Shown: positions 1-13,075 of the stretch, piece by piece | How positions within the stretch are numbered: the first letter of the stretch is position 1 | Layout of the letters: each line of letters begins with the position of its first letter | Source: Malacoraja senta | Lineage: Eukaryota | Direction of reading: 5' to 3' | Length of the DNA: 64,000 bases | NCBI GenBank assembly: GCA_038087875.1 | Contig: CM075987.1 | Span: forward strand, 27,096,001-27,160,000 | The notes under the pieces: model-generated | What the model saw: the letters and a program-made list of their open reading frames with translations, nothing else | Told to the model about the DNA's origin: nothing | The model's database searches: none | Translations under genes and position numbers: made by a program

Positions 1-55
1 ACTGCCCTCTGTGGCAGGGAATTCCACAAATTATTAATTATTGCCTGATCCGTTC

Positions 56-175
56 AGTGGCGCAGCGGTAGAGTTGCCGCCTCACAGCGCCAGAGACCCG
101 GGTTCGATCCTGACTGCGGGTGCTGTCTGTAGGGAGTTTGTACATTATCCCCGTTACCTGCGTGGGTTTTCTCCA
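56..175 (+). mobile_element. tRNA-derived V-SINE (HE1-like), 5' fragment
   Basis: A box (tggcgcagcggtag), B box (gggttcgatcc), then the V-domain-like core gggtgctgtctgtagggagtttgtac; many similar copies in the window. Confidence 0.8.
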
Positions 176-444
176 AGATTGTATTTATTCTTTCTGATAT
201 TAGTTTGCATATTTACTCCTCCATCTCCTTCCCGCCTGTTGCCTACATTGTGCACAGGGTATAGTATATCAAGAAAATGCGTTAACTCCACAAATATATC
301 ATTAATCTGTGTTTACATGAGTAACCTACAGGAGAATCAATGGTATAAACCTTCTCACAGGACTATTCAACTGCACTGCCCAAAGTCGCAAACTAAAAGC
401 CCAGAATGAGCTACACAAGGTGCTTGTTAACCTATTTTCAGTGG

Positions 445-895
445 AGTCATAAAGTGATGCAGCATGGAAAACGGTCCTTCAGCCAAACTTGCCCACACCG
501 GCCAAAATGTCCCATCTATACTAGTCACACCTACCCACGTTGAGGTCCATATCCCTCCAAACCTGTCCTATCCATGCACCTGTCTAACTGTTTCTTAAAT
601 GTTGGGGTAGTCCCAGCCTCAACTACCTCCTCTAGCAGCTTGTTCCATACACCCACTGCCCTTTGTGTGAAAATATTACCCCTCAGATTCCTATTAAATT
701 TTTTCCCCTTCACCTTGAACCTATGTCCTCGATTTCCCTACTCTGTGCATCTACCCGATCTATTCCTCGCATGAGTTTATACACCTTTATAAGATCACTC
801 CCTCATCCTCCAGCGCTCCAAAGAATAGAGACACAGCCTACTCAACCTCTCCCAGTAGCTCAGACCCTCGAGTCCTGGCAACATCCTTGTGAATA
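445..895 (-). mobile_element. CR1-clade (HER1-like) LINE 3' fragment
   Basis: Translates to KGKKFNRNLRGNIFTQRAVGVWNKL..TFKKQLDR, a typical CR1 ORF2 C-terminus, followed by the 3' tail. Confidence 0.75.
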
Positions 896-1158
896 GTAGG
901 TGATTGATGCAAAAACAAGAACAAATAGATTATTAATATGGCTGTGTGTGGGTGCATTAACTCTGACTCATTCATTTGTCATTAGTTTAGTAACAAGTCC
1001 CACCTATCTCATGTTGTACTTTCACACTGGTAATTAGAGGCATCATTACAATGCATGCAGTTTCATTCTAAATGTGATCTTTCCAGACAACACTTTGCTG
1101 CATTGCAAGGGAAGGAACATATGGTGGCAGGGTGTCTGAAATTCACAATTCCCAATTA

Positions 1159-1392
1159 CGGGTGCTGTCGAACAGAGTTTGTACGTTCTCCCTGTGACCG
1201 CGTGGGTTTTCTCTGAGATCTTCTATTTCCTCCCACACTCCAAAGACGTACAGGTTTGTCGGTTAATTGGTTTGGTGTAAATGTAAAAAAACTGTCAATA
1301 CTGTGTGTACAACAGTGTTATTGCGCGGGGATCGTTGGTCGGTGGGGACTCGGTGGGCTGAAGGGACCGTTTCCGCGCTGTATCTCTAAACT
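1159..1392 (+). mobile_element. V-SINE (HE1-like), 5'-truncated
   Basis: V-domain core and tail ending ccgcgctgtatctctaaact. Confidence 0.75.
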
Positions 1393-1459
1393 ATAAAAAG
1401 CTAAACATTCATGAACAGCCGAGCTATACAATCAGGGCAGAGAAGACGCAACTCAACTC

Positions 1460-1862
1460 AAAGAGCGTTTGTCGGCACTGGGCCTCTACTCGCTGGAGTT
1501 TAGGAGGATGAGAAACTTACCGAATAGTGAACGGACTGGATAGAGTGGATGTGGAGAGGATGTTTCCACTTGTGGGAGAGTCTAGGACCAGAGGTCACAG
1601 TCTCAGAATTAAAGGACATTCCTTTAGAAAGGAGATGATGAGGAATTTCTTTAGTCAGAGGGTGGTGAATCAGTAGAATTTATTGCCACGGACAGCTGTG
1701 GAGGCCAAGTCAATGGATATTTTTAAGGCACAGATTGACAGATTCTGGGTGTCAGGGGTTATGGGGAGAAGGCAAGAGAATGAGGTTGAGAGTGAAAGAT
1801 AGATCAGCCATGATTGAATGGCAGAGTAAACATGATGGGTCGAATGGCCTAAATCTGCTCTG
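1460..1862 (+). mobile_element. CR1-clade LINE 3' fragment
   Basis: Same sequence family as 51768-52217 (GLDRVDVERMFPLVGESRTRGHSLRIKG). Confidence 0.75.
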
Positions 1863-2189
1863 ATGAAAGAACTCACAACTTTCTTAAAGGTTTTCTGATT
1901 TCTCTTAAAAAATAATTGGAATTTACATGTCCTCCCAGTAATCACAAGGAAGAAACTGTCCCTGAATCTGGAGGTGTGCGTTTTCACACTTCCGCAACTC
2001 TTACCTGATGGGAGAGGGGAGAAGAGGGAGTGATCGGGGTGAGACTGGTCCTTGATGATGCTGCTGGCCTTGCCCGAGGCAGCGTGAGGTGTAGATGGAG
2101 TCGATGGAAGGGAGGTTGGTTTGTGTGATTATACAAAACGCCAAATGGAGTCCACCTTTGAAACAACGTTCTCAGCCTAGTGTCCATAA

Positions 2190-2537
2190 CATTGGCGGTA
2201 TGAATATTGATTTCATGTAACCCTTGATTACCCTCTCTCTCCATCCCTCCCCAATCCTAGTTCTCCGATTAGTTTGATTCTCCTCCTGATTACATTTTAC
2301 TTTGTCATCCTCATTGTCACCTTTCTCTCTAGCTAACAATGATCCATTCTACAGTTTCCTTGATCTTCATCCCCTTTGATCTCTGGTTTACGCACCTTAC
2401 CCTTCCATATCTCTTGTTTTCCTCTCCCCTGACTCTCAGTCTGAAGAAGGGTCTCGACCCAAAACGTCGCCCATTCCTTCTCTCCAGAGATGCTGCCTGT
2501 CCCGCTGAGTTACTCCAGCATTTTGTGTCTATCTTCA
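2190..2537 (+). mobile_element. Penelope-like element 3' end (ORF terminus, pyrimidine-rich UTR, terminal repeat with degenerate hammerhead core)
   Basis: ggcggtatgaatattgatttc (GGMNIDF, ORF end), CT-rich tract, then ctgaagaagggtctcgacccaaaacgtc at 2441-2468 (core GAAA mutated to AAAA). Confidence 0.65.
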
Positions 2538-2548
2538 ATTGTCCCTAA

Positions 2549-2851
2549 TGGCCCTGTCCCACGGTACGAGTTCATTCCAAGAGCTCTCCCGAGTTTAAAT
2601 AAAATCAAACTCGTGGTAAGCACGGAGAATGAACGTAGCGGGTACGTCGGAGCTCGGGGACGTCTCTTAGCGGCTCGTAACGCTAACGGCAGGTAAGCAC
2701 GGGAAGACTCGTGAAGATTTTTCAACATGATGAAAAATGTCCACGAGAGCCCCGAGTACCGACGAGTGGCCATTATCATAAATCTCCGAGTTCGAATCAG
2801 GGCAAACTCGGGAGAGCTCTTGGAATGAACTCGTACCGTGAGACAGGGCTA
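2549..2851. mobile_element. PIF/Harbinger-type MITE
   Basis: ~48-bp TIR tggccctgtcccacggtacgagttcattccaagagctctcccgagttt, inverted at the right end with 2 mismatches; 3-bp TSD TAA at 2546-2548 and 2852-2854. Confidence 0.85.
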
Positions 2852-3231
2852 TAACATAACATCGACTTCCTAAAAAATAACCAAAGGGCATGCTGAATCT
2901 GGCTGGTTAATCTCCTATTTTTAATGACCAGACATGAATAAACCAATATACTGCCTGATCCTTGAAGAACGCATTGCATGAGAGAGATCTCAACAAGACC
3001 AGGTCCATTGTAATGAGGGATTGCTGCAAATCTCCTCATGCATAGCAACTCACTTCAGTGAAGTTCCACCTCACGAGCTTCCAGAACCACAGCTAGGGAT
3101 TAAACTCAGGATGGTGTAGACTGGAAAAGATGAGAGAGCAGGCAGGGCGTGATCATTCACTGTGCATGCAGGCTTCATGTTTCCTGCACCAATGAGCATT
3201 GTTTTATATCGACCCATGTTAAGGTCTTTTA

Positions 3232-3620
3232 CAGAAACGTATAAAATTATAAAAAGGACTGGACAAGCTAGATGCGGGAAAAATGTTCCCAATGATGGGG
3301 GAGTCCAGAACCAGGGGCCACAGTCTAAGAAAAAAGGGGGAGGCCATTTAAAACTGAGATGAGAAAAAACTTTTTCACCCAGAGAGTTGTGAATTTGTGG
3401 AATTCTCTGCCACAGAGGGCAGTGGAGGCCAATTCACTGGATGAATTTAAAAGAGAGTTAGATAGAGCTCCAGGGGGCTAGCAGAATCAAGGGATATGGG
3501 GAGAAGGCAGGCACGGGTTACTGATTGTGGATGATCAGCCATGATCACAATGAATGGAGGTGCTGGCTCGAAGGGTCGAATAGCCTCCTCCTGCACCTAT
3601 TTTCTATGTTTCTCTGTTTC
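3232..3620 (+). mobile_element. CR1-clade LINE 3' fragment
   Basis: Homologous to 38262-39027; tail ctcctgcacctattttctatgtttct. Confidence 0.75.
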
Positions 3621-3645
3621 TAAAATCCATCGGACATCTCGCGTC

Positions 3646-3845
3646 NNNNNNNNNNNNNNNNNNNNNNNNNNNNNNNNNNNNNNNNNNNNNNNNNNNNNNN
3701 NNNNNNNNNNNNNNNNNNNNNNNNNNNNNNNNNNNNNNNNNNNNNNNNNNNNNNNNNNNNNNNNNNNNNNNNNNNNNNNNNNNNNNNNNNNNNNNNNNNN
3801 NNNNNNNNNNNNNNNNNNNNNNNNNNNNNNNNNNNNNNNNNNNNN
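3646..3845. other. Assembly gap (200 N)
   Basis: Run of exactly 200 N. Confidence 1.
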
Positions 3846-4548
3846 TCCATTCTAGCATTATGCCACAATAAATTCCTGTTGACTAAACAGGTACAATAAT
3901 TATGTAAATTAGCAATTATGATTCGATCCTATCTACCCAGATATTTCCTTTGGGCAAAGATTTTAAGTTAAAAACAGTCAATGCTTCTTTCAAACAGGCT
4001 GCTGAACAGAAACCAGAACAAAATGATAATATAGAACAATAGCAAGAAATGCTATAGGGAGAAATTATAGAGGTGGGCGACACTGAAAAACTGTCGCATT
4101 AGTTTCCACACCGAGTATAATAAACATCATAAATTCCTGGGTTTCATCTCTATCCTGTATGAACTCATTGATCAGCCTCTCCCCTGTACTCAGCAAAACA
4201 AAGCAGTCCTTTCGAAGAAGGGTCTCGACCCAAAATGCACCTGTTTCTTTTCTCCAGAGTTGCTGCCTGACATGCTGAGTTATTCCATCTTTTTGTGTTT
4301 GTCTTCCGTTTAAACCCAAAGGTTTCTGCTGGAAACCCTTAAACATTGAGGCAAAAATTACTTGGCTATGACATTCACCTGTGAAAATGAACACAATCCT
4401 GCCTCTCCCACAAAACTGGAGGAATTTTTATTGGAGATGCTGGAATCCAAGACCAAAAAGTGGAAATACTGGAAAAACTCAACAAGCAGCATCTGTGGAA
4501 AGAGAAACCAGGATCTCTCACCTGAAACTGTTATCTCTTTCCGGAGAT

Positions 4549-5108
4549 GCTCAAGTCAAGTCAAGTGAGTTTATTGTCATGTGTCCCTGATAGGACAATG
4601 AAATTCTTGCTTTGCTTCAGCACAACAGAACATAGTAGGCATTGACTACAAGGCATTCTATAAATATATACACACATGAATCATTATACTGATAAAGTGC
4701 AACAGTTAATTGGCTAATAAAGTTCAGGGTTTTGTCCGAGCAAGGTTTAATAGCCTGATGGCTGTGGTAAGTAGCTATTCCTGAACCTGGTCGTTGCAGT
4801 CTTCAGGCTCCTGTACCTTCTACCTGAAGGTAGTAGGGAGATGAGTGTGTGGCCAGGATGGTGTGGGTCCTTGATGATACTGCCAGCCTTTTTGAGGCAC
4901 CGACTGTGATAGATCCCCTCGATGGAAGGGAGGTCAGAGACGATGATGGACTGGGCAGTGTTTACTACTTTTTGTAGTCTTTTCCTCTCCAGGGCGCTCA
5001 AGTTGCCGAACCAAGCCACGATGCAACCGGTCAGCATGCTCTCTACTGTGCACCTGTAGAAGTTAGAGAGAGTCCTCCTTGACAAATTGACTCTCCGTAA
5101 TCTTCTCA
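4549..5108 (-). mobile_element. Rex1/Babar-type LINE 3' fragment
   Basis: LRRLRRVNLSRRTLSNFYRCTVESMLTGCIVAWFG...IIKDPHHPGHTLISLLPSGRRYRS; 3' end atgacaataaa followed by (cttga)n tail. Confidence 0.8.
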
Positions 5109-7597
5109 AGATGCTGCTCGACTCATCGATTTCTTCCAGCATTTATGGCTTTTTTGTCTCCAGTAATAAAGTTATTTGGAATGGTTGAAGTGTTAATTGA
5201 GTCCATGCTATTCAACTGTAACTGGTGCTACTGGAATAAAAGTAGACTGTTCAGATTCTTGAGATCATTTTGTTCAGTTAGGTCAAATGTGATCTGCACC
5301 TCAACTCCATTTGCCTTCCTTAACTACAAAATCTATCTCTACTTTTAGCAAAGATGGAAAGGATGACAAAGTTAACAATTCCACGCGTGTTGTTTCATTC
5401 CTGAGCGAAGATGCATTCCACAGAGGCTGAATAATCTGCAGGTTATTGTTGTAAAAGGTGGAGTCAACATGAACTGAGGTACAGGGTGTGGAACACTATT
5501 CAACAAGGAATGCGCAGATTATTTGCGACTTGTTTTATTAATCATTGGCAGTGTTGTAATAAGTCTGTATTTACACAGCTAGATCTTTGCGGAAATAAAA
5601 ACAGACCTTTGGAGGAACTCAGCAGGTCAAGAACATCAGCAGAGGGAATTGGACAGACATAGACAGTTCGGGTCGGAACCCTTCTTCAGAAGGCCCTGAA
5701 ACGTTGTCCATCCATTTCTCCTTACTGAGACTTCTTACCAACTAAATTCCTAAAGCAGTCCCTGTTTTGCTCAAGATTTCAACAGTTGCAGCATTTTGTG
5801 CCTGCAGATCATTGTGAAATGTTTAATCTAGCTTACTTGACTTGTCTGATGATGTTACAGATTGTATTTCCAAAGACTTATGTATAGGAAGAATTTCGAG
5901 GCATATGGGCCAAATGCAGGCCAATGCTAATCTGTCTGGTATGAAAAGGTTAGCCTGAAAAGGGCTTGTTTCAATGCTGCACAGCCCTATGATTCTAGGA
6001 CTCTGTTTTCCTGGACACTGAAAAAAAATGTTTTTATTCACTCCTAATTGAGTTTTTTGGCAGTTAAAACTGCTTTCATCACATGTATTTTTCTCCACTG
6101 TTTCTTAGTCTCATGTGACCATTGCTCAGAGAACAGTGACTAGGTGTAGACAGGTGAAACAACACTAGTCTTCCTCTCTTTTGGAACAGGGAGCATTCCA
6201 AGATGGTGCCCAACCCAGGTGACTATTTGCATGCTAGCCACAGAAGCAGATCTACAAACACATATTACAATCGCTCCACGCTCTTCAAATCTTTATTCCT
6301 ACAGTAACATATCTTATTCCCGTATCTGTACACTGTAAAAGGCTCGATTGTAATCATGTGTTGTCTTTCTCCTGACTGGTTAGCATGCAACTGCACCTCA
6401 GTACATGTGACAATAAACTAAACTGACTGACTGGTCATAGAGTGATACAGTGTAGAAACAGGCCTTTCAGCCCAACTTGCCCACACCGGACTCGTGGTTA
6501 GTGCTTTCTCATAGCAACACAGTTAAATGCAGAACTTGGATAAAAGCTATTGGGGCACAGAGCTCATACTCTTAAAGGACTGATCTTTGAAAAATATTGG
6601 AAAAAGAAAATCACTCTTCACTTTGTATATTAGACTAGTAATGGTACAGCACTATTATGTACTCGCGCTGAGTGAAAAGCAACACTAGAGATCTCAAATT
6701 AATAAATAACTTCCATTAAAGCAGCTAATTATATATCGAGAATTTTAACTGCTGGGAAACCACTTTCCTGATTTACCAAAATAGCTCTATATATTAATAT
6801 CAGTCCCTATGGTTACACTAAAAGGGTCTCACTCCCTTTGCTTTGATGACATTGATGAACTGCCATAGTTATTCAATGAATAAATTAATACAGCAAAGTA
6901 TTGGTGCTGGGCAGGATGGTTGACAGCCAGAGCTGACCACTAAACCTCCACCATCAATAACAAATGATCTCATACACCAATGTTTGTTTAAATGCAGGTT
7001 TCAGGATCTGGGCGTTGTTAGCAAGAGCATTCTTTATTGCCCAATGCTAATTTCCCTTGATCTGAATGGCATGTTAGTCTACTCAAAAGGGTATTTAAGA
7101 GCCAATCACAATGTTCAAGAAAAATGATGATGGATTCTTCAGCAATTCTGGAATGTCTTCTGGATAAATCAACCTCAGTTTCATACCCCTTACTAAATGC
7201 ATATACTAATTGACTTTTCCTTATTTGATTTGCAAGTTAATGCATTTGCTCAATGCTGATGGGATTAATCATTACAACATCCATTTAGAAAGGCATCATT
7301 AATGTGGTCAAACCTGGTAATGTTTAACAGGAGCTCAGTAAAACAAAGTTTGGTACAAAGCCCCACAGGAACATTGGCCTGAATCTTACGGGGAGCTTTG
7401 GTGCTCCCATCCATAACTCTCAGCAACTTTGGGATGTTAATACATTCACATAGTAATGAAAACACTGAAGTCCTGAATTTGACATCTGTATTTCACTGCT
7501 GTTTTATTGTCCACATTTCAAAACATGAACATTGGATACCTGCATTAAGGAGGCAATTAAACATACCTGAGCAATTACAAACGCCTGTGAAGCCATG

Positions 7598-7825
7598 TGT
7601 CCCAAACATTATGGTGCCCTGAAATGGGGGGACTATGTATAAACACAGCTGTAATTTCTACATGGTGAAACCAAAATGTATAAAAATGCCTTTTAATAAA
7701 ATCTGACAATGTGCACTTTAACCACATGTGATTTTTTTTTTTCTATTACAAATCTCAAATTGTGGAGTATAGAGGCAAATAAATAAATGATGGGTCTTTG
7801 TCCCAAACATTATGGAGGGCACCGT
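7598..7825 (+). mobile_element. Tc1-like transposon, right long inverted repeat (IR/DR)
   Basis: Direct repeat tgtcccaaacattatgg at both ends of a ~225-bp segment; terminus ggagggcac(c)g resembles the Tc1 ...CACTG end. Confidence 0.65.
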
Positions 7826-8974
7826 TTTTGTTAATATAGAATCTTATCTTCAAACATCTAAAGATGCACATAGTTTCAGTATAGCTCGGTTAGGTTTCTT
7901 ACTTGTTGGTTCTTGATTAGTAATGGTGTCTTGATTAGCACAGGTGTCAGGCGTTATGGGGAGAAGGCAGGATAATGGGATTGAGAGGGAAAGATCGTTC
8001 AGCCATGACTGAATTGCAGAGTAAATTTGATGGGCCGAATGGCATAATTCTGCTCCTATAACTTAGGGACCATTGGGATTACACTGTACACTTTGTAACG
8101 TTGTCAGCACCCTCCACGTGGCGACTGTTTGCACAATTTGCTCATGGTATGCAAAACAAAGAATATTCGCTGTGACATGTAGCATGTGATAATAAAGTAT
8201 AATTCAATAAACTATCATTCATTCATTCAGACACACTGCCAAGCTCACAAGGGGAAGGATGACATCCTGACCTCTAATTTGTTCTTTTGGCTCATATTTC
8301 AAAAGACAAGTTAAAAAAACAATCGAAGATAGACACAAAATGCTGGAGTAATTCAGAGGAACAGGCAGCATCTCTGGAGAGGTGGAATGGGTGACGTTTT
8401 CGGGTCAAGACCTTTCTTCAGACTGATGTCAGGGGAGTGGGTGGTACAAAGATAAAATGCAGTCGGAGAATGTTACAAATGTTTTTAATTCTGCTGGGAA
8501 CCTTATTGCCCACAACTGCTACAACTAATAAAGATTTAAAGCTATTCAAAATCACATGTTGCTGATTAACAAACTTGTCTATTTTTCTTAGTTCGTCCCT
8601 GTGGTTAATGATTACTTCCTCCCATTCCTGTTCTCTGGGATCAAAAATGGCTTAAGATTGTGTGTGGAATTCACAAAGTCTACTGTGGCTGAGAGTTTGA
8701 CGGGATATCTTGCTGGGTGTTCTTCCATATCTTTCGTTTGGCCTCGCATTGCTCCTGTCAAGCAGCTGAGCCTGGTTATTTGTCTAATATTACTCTTACT
8801 TTGTCTAATATTACTCTTAGTTTGAGAAGCCCAGGTACCCCAAAAGAGCAGGTGAGAATGTTACATTCTGTCCAAGATTTTGAGGGAAACCCAGATGAGT
8901 GTTGTGTACTCCTGGAATTGTTTGCCACAGTGGACCTCAGAGCGCTCATTTTGGTTAGACATACAAATTGTTTT

Positions 8975-9280
8975 GTTTAGATTAGTTTAGAGATAAAGCA
9001 TGTGAACAGGCCCTTCGGCCCAACGTGTCCATACCGATCATTGATCATGCATTAACGCTAGCTCAATATTATCCCACTCTCTTATCCACTCCCCACATTA
9101 GGAGCAATTTACAGAAGCCAATTAACCTACAAACCCAAACATCTTTGGAATGTTGGAGGAAACCGGAGCACTGGGAGGAAACCCCTGTGGTCCCAGAGAA
9201 TGTGCAAATTCCACACAGACAGAACCAGAGGTCAGGATCGAACTCGGGTCTGTGGCGCTGCGAGGCAACAGCTCTACCAG
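8975..9280 (-). mobile_element. V-SINE (HE1-like)
   Basis: Reverse complement of the tRNA head, V core and tail. Confidence 0.75.
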
Positions 9281-11299
9281 CATATTGTAGAATGCACATT
9301 GATGTTAAAGTTGATCACGCTAAATTAGAACCTTGACACAAAGATGAGTAACATAGTGACTGATGAAATAAGTAAGTAAGTAAGTTTATTGGCCAAGTAG
9401 ATTGGGCCAAATATAGATTGTTATTGCTGGAATTTTTAAACCAGTGATTTCAGAGCACTGGATTTACAAATGATCACAAACGTGGTCTAAATCATGGGAC
9501 TGGCATGGAAGAAGGGGAGATCGGTCATGATCATATTAAATGGCAGGACAAACTTGAGTGTCTAGATTACCTACTCCCTCTCCTCCACTTTCCTCGTTTC
9601 TTATATCCAAGCCAACAGACAGGATAAAAGTATATTTTTCCTTATCCCAAAATAACATGAATTTGGAGGGATCCCAATCCTGCTTCTAAAAGCATTAATT
9701 TTACTTAACTTTGCAAAGTAAACTGGTCTTTAATTGCTGATTAACTGGTTACTGCAAATTATCCCAAGGTGGGTAGTAGGAGAATTAGCGCGGAGTTGAT
9801 GGGCACAGTAGAGAGAAAGGGTTAAATAAGCAAGGAAATAAAAGGGAAATAAGTGGAGGAATGTGATTGTAAGATTGTTATGGCTGGGAGAGACTCATGA
9901 ATAAATAGCCTCCTATTTCTCAAAAAAAGAGAAATTGCAACTGTGTCAAAACCACTGAACAATGAAATGCAAATCATATTTGCCACATCAAAGTCTCTTA
10001 TTATAGACCAAGAACTGGAGTTTGGAGATTTAAATAACCAGATTGTTTAAATAACCAAACGGACTATGAAATCAGAAGTTTAATTTTAATTTATGAAAAC
10101 GAATATTCTATTAAAATACAGCTTGCCCCAAGCTTATTGTTTACATGGGGTTACACAGTCCAAATTACCAAGTTAAAGATCATGTACAGTATATAAACAT
10201 TTAACAGAACCGAGCTTAAGTTAATCCATATTTAGCTCCAGTCTTAGATATCGCAAACTGTTCCAAACAGTCTACCAGGCAGAGGTCAAAGCTTCCTTTT
10301 ATCAGTGTGGTTTTCGGGGAAACAGGCTTATTGTTTTGCCTTTGAACAGGAAATAAATTAGAATTTGAGAAACAATTTTGTTTGCATCATGTTCCACCCA
10401 CTTACTGCCGGAATGAATCATGACATATTATGTCTCACAGACGAGGGAACAGTGTCTGCCAACCAGAACGATGGAATTACGAGTGGAGATAAAGATGCAC
10501 AAGGGCAAAATGGGTATTTTCAAAAGTGGAGAATGAAAGGTTCTTGATTAGTAAGGGAGTGAAAGGGTATGGGGAGAAGGCAGGAGAATAGGAATGAGAG
10601 GAAAAGATGGATTCGCCATGAGGGAATAGCAGAGTAGACTCAGTGGGTCAAATGGCCTAATTCTGCTCCTATGACTTGAACTTATGAAATGAAACTCGGG
10701 TCGGGCTATCATTACTCATGTGGTCGTGCATGGTATTCCAGTTTCACACTAAAACTTAATGTTGTACCTTGAAGATAGACACAAAATGCTGGAGTAACTC
10801 AGCTGGACAGGCAGCATCTCTGGAGAGGAATGGGTGACGTTTCGGGTCACGACCGTTCTCCAGACTGAAGAAGGGTCTTGGCCCTAAACGTCACCCATTC
10901 TAATAAGAGCTCCTAATTTTTGTTTGCATGTTCATTGGGGTTTCTTGCTTTTCTACACATGTTGAAATTTTTGTTACTGAAATAATTTGACACTGAATAG
11001 TTTGGACAACCTTTAGTAATTTCAGGAGAGGCCCCAAGGAGAATGACTATATTTTAAAAGGTGTATCCCATTCAGAAAAAAATAGAAATCTGCTCATTTT
11101 TGTAAGAACAATAAACATTAAAATTAAACAAACAGATTTACTTCTCATAAATTGTAATTCTATAAATAAAATAAATTATACATCATATGCTTATTACAAA
11201 TCAAGCATATTTAGTAACATTCTCTTAACAGCAATAATATGTTACAGGCTACAATCAGATCACTACTTTATGTACTTTGGACAAAAGCAACAGAACATT

Positions 11300-11631
11300 C
11301 AGTGCATTCAGAAAGTATTCAGACCCCTTCACTTTTTCCACATTTTGTTACGTTACAGCCTTATTTTAAAATGGATTAAATTCATTAATTTTTATCATCA
11401 ATCTACACACAATACCCCAGAATGAAGAAGTGAAAATAGGTGTTTAAAAATGTTTGCAAAGTAACTAAAATGAAATAACTGAAATATCACATTTACATAA
11501 GTATTCAGACCCTTTGTTATGACACTCAAAATTGAGCTTAGGTTCATCCTGTTTCCATTGATTACCCTTGAGATGTTTCTACAACTTGATTGGAGTCCAC
11601 TAGAGGTAAATTAAATTGATTGGACATGATT
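11300..11631 (+). mobile_element. Tc1-like transposon, left end (IR/DR), truncated
   Basis: Starts cagtgcattcagaaagtattcagacccct; inner direct repeat aagtattcagacccttt at ~11499; ends where a SINE begins. Confidence 0.75.
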
Positions 11632-11637
11632 TAATTA

Positions 11638-11912
11638 AGATACAGCATGGAAACAGGCCCTTTGGCCCACTAAGTCCATGCTGATCTTTGATCACCCATA
11701 CATTAGTTCTGTCCTACATGCTCGGGATAATTTTACAAAAGCCAATTAACCTACAAACCTGTACGTCTTTGGGATGTGTGAGAAACCGGAGCACCCGGGG
11801 AAAACCCACGCGGTCACAGGGAGAATGTACAAACTCCGTACAGACGGCACCCATAGTCAGGATTGATCCTGGGACTCTGGCGCTGTAAGGCAGCTACTCT
11901 ACCACCGTGCTG
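11638..11912 (-). mobile_element. V-SINE (HE1-like)
   Basis: Reverse complement of the SINE head, core and tail. Confidence 0.75.
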
Positions 11913-12771
11913 CTCTTGTGAAATTGATCAATTTCCTTCCGTTTCTAGCAATGGAAAAGAAACAGCGATGGTGCCATTTTTCTGTCACGATACATTGTAA
12001 TGGTGGATTTTTCATAAGAAAGAGGAAGGATTGTTGTACATTATGGAAAGGATCCAGGCCAGCTTTCTTTCTATTTTCAAAAATTGAACAATGGTGTTAA
12101 TAGAATCATACCTCCTCAATAATTAAAATTTCATTTATACGGATCAAGTGCTCAATAAATATTCTGGAAAGTTTTGGCTCATCTTAAAGCGGGTGTCTTC
12201 TCAATACATCTACTAGAGAGAACAAAGAGTTGGTGGGGTCCGCCAAGAAAACAACGTGACTATTGGGGACTACTTTGTAATTTTGTCCGCACCCTATACA
12301 TGACGACTCTTTGCATATTTTGTGTTGGGTATGCAAAAAAAAGAATTTCACTGTGACATGTCACTTGTGATAATAAAGTATCTATCAATCTATCAAGATG
12401 GCAGATCCACAATTATTAACATTTGCCTCATCAGATCATAATTTCACAAATTTGGTGAAACAAATCCTTGCTTTCAAAGTTTTTCTTCATAAAAAGAACT
12501 GCTTGTCCATGGTAATATCCCAGTCAATCTGCACTAGATTTTTTCAATTATTTCCTGTGCGCTGTGTCTAAAATTACACACCGTATTCCAACTGAGTCGC
12601 TATATTTTACATGCATTCAAAACTAACTATTCTCTTTTCTTTTTCAAAGCCTTTAGGTAAAAATAACATTGATTTTCTTTACCTTTTTTACATTTTATTT
12701 TGTTGCTCTATCACATTATAAAATGTGAGACCATTAGGATAGCGAATACAGACATTTCTGGGCAACAAAAG

Positions 12772-13075
12772 AGACAATAGACAATAGGTGCAGGAGTAGG
12801 CCATTCGGCCCTTCGAACCAGCACCGCCATTCAATGTGATCATGGCTGATCATCCCCAATCAGTACCCCGTTCCTGCCTTCTCCCCATATCCCCTGACTC
12901 CACTATTTTTAAGAGCCCTATCTAGCTCTCTTTCTTGAAAGCATCCAGAGAACCTGCCTCCACCGCCCTCTGAGGCAGAGAATTCCACAGACTCACCACT
13001 CTCTGTGAGAAAAAGTGTTTCCTCGTCTCCGTTCTAAATGGCTTACCCCTTATTCTTAAACTGTGGCCCCTGGTT
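12772..13075 (-). mobile_element. CR1-clade LINE 3' end
   Basis: Reverse complement of the 38720-39027 tail, with (ctattgt)n end. Confidence 0.8.

Noticed and set aside
56..130. tRNA-like A/B-box sequences as tRNA genes
   Set aside because: They are SINE heads continuing into the V-SINE core; no complete cloverleaf.
3054..3120. Strong minus-strand acceptor (ctctctcatcttttccag) with a downstream GTGAGT
   Set aside because: Stops in all three frames before that donor.
3541..3868. ORFs spanning N runs (also 59695-60054)
   Set aside because: Artefacts of assembly gaps.
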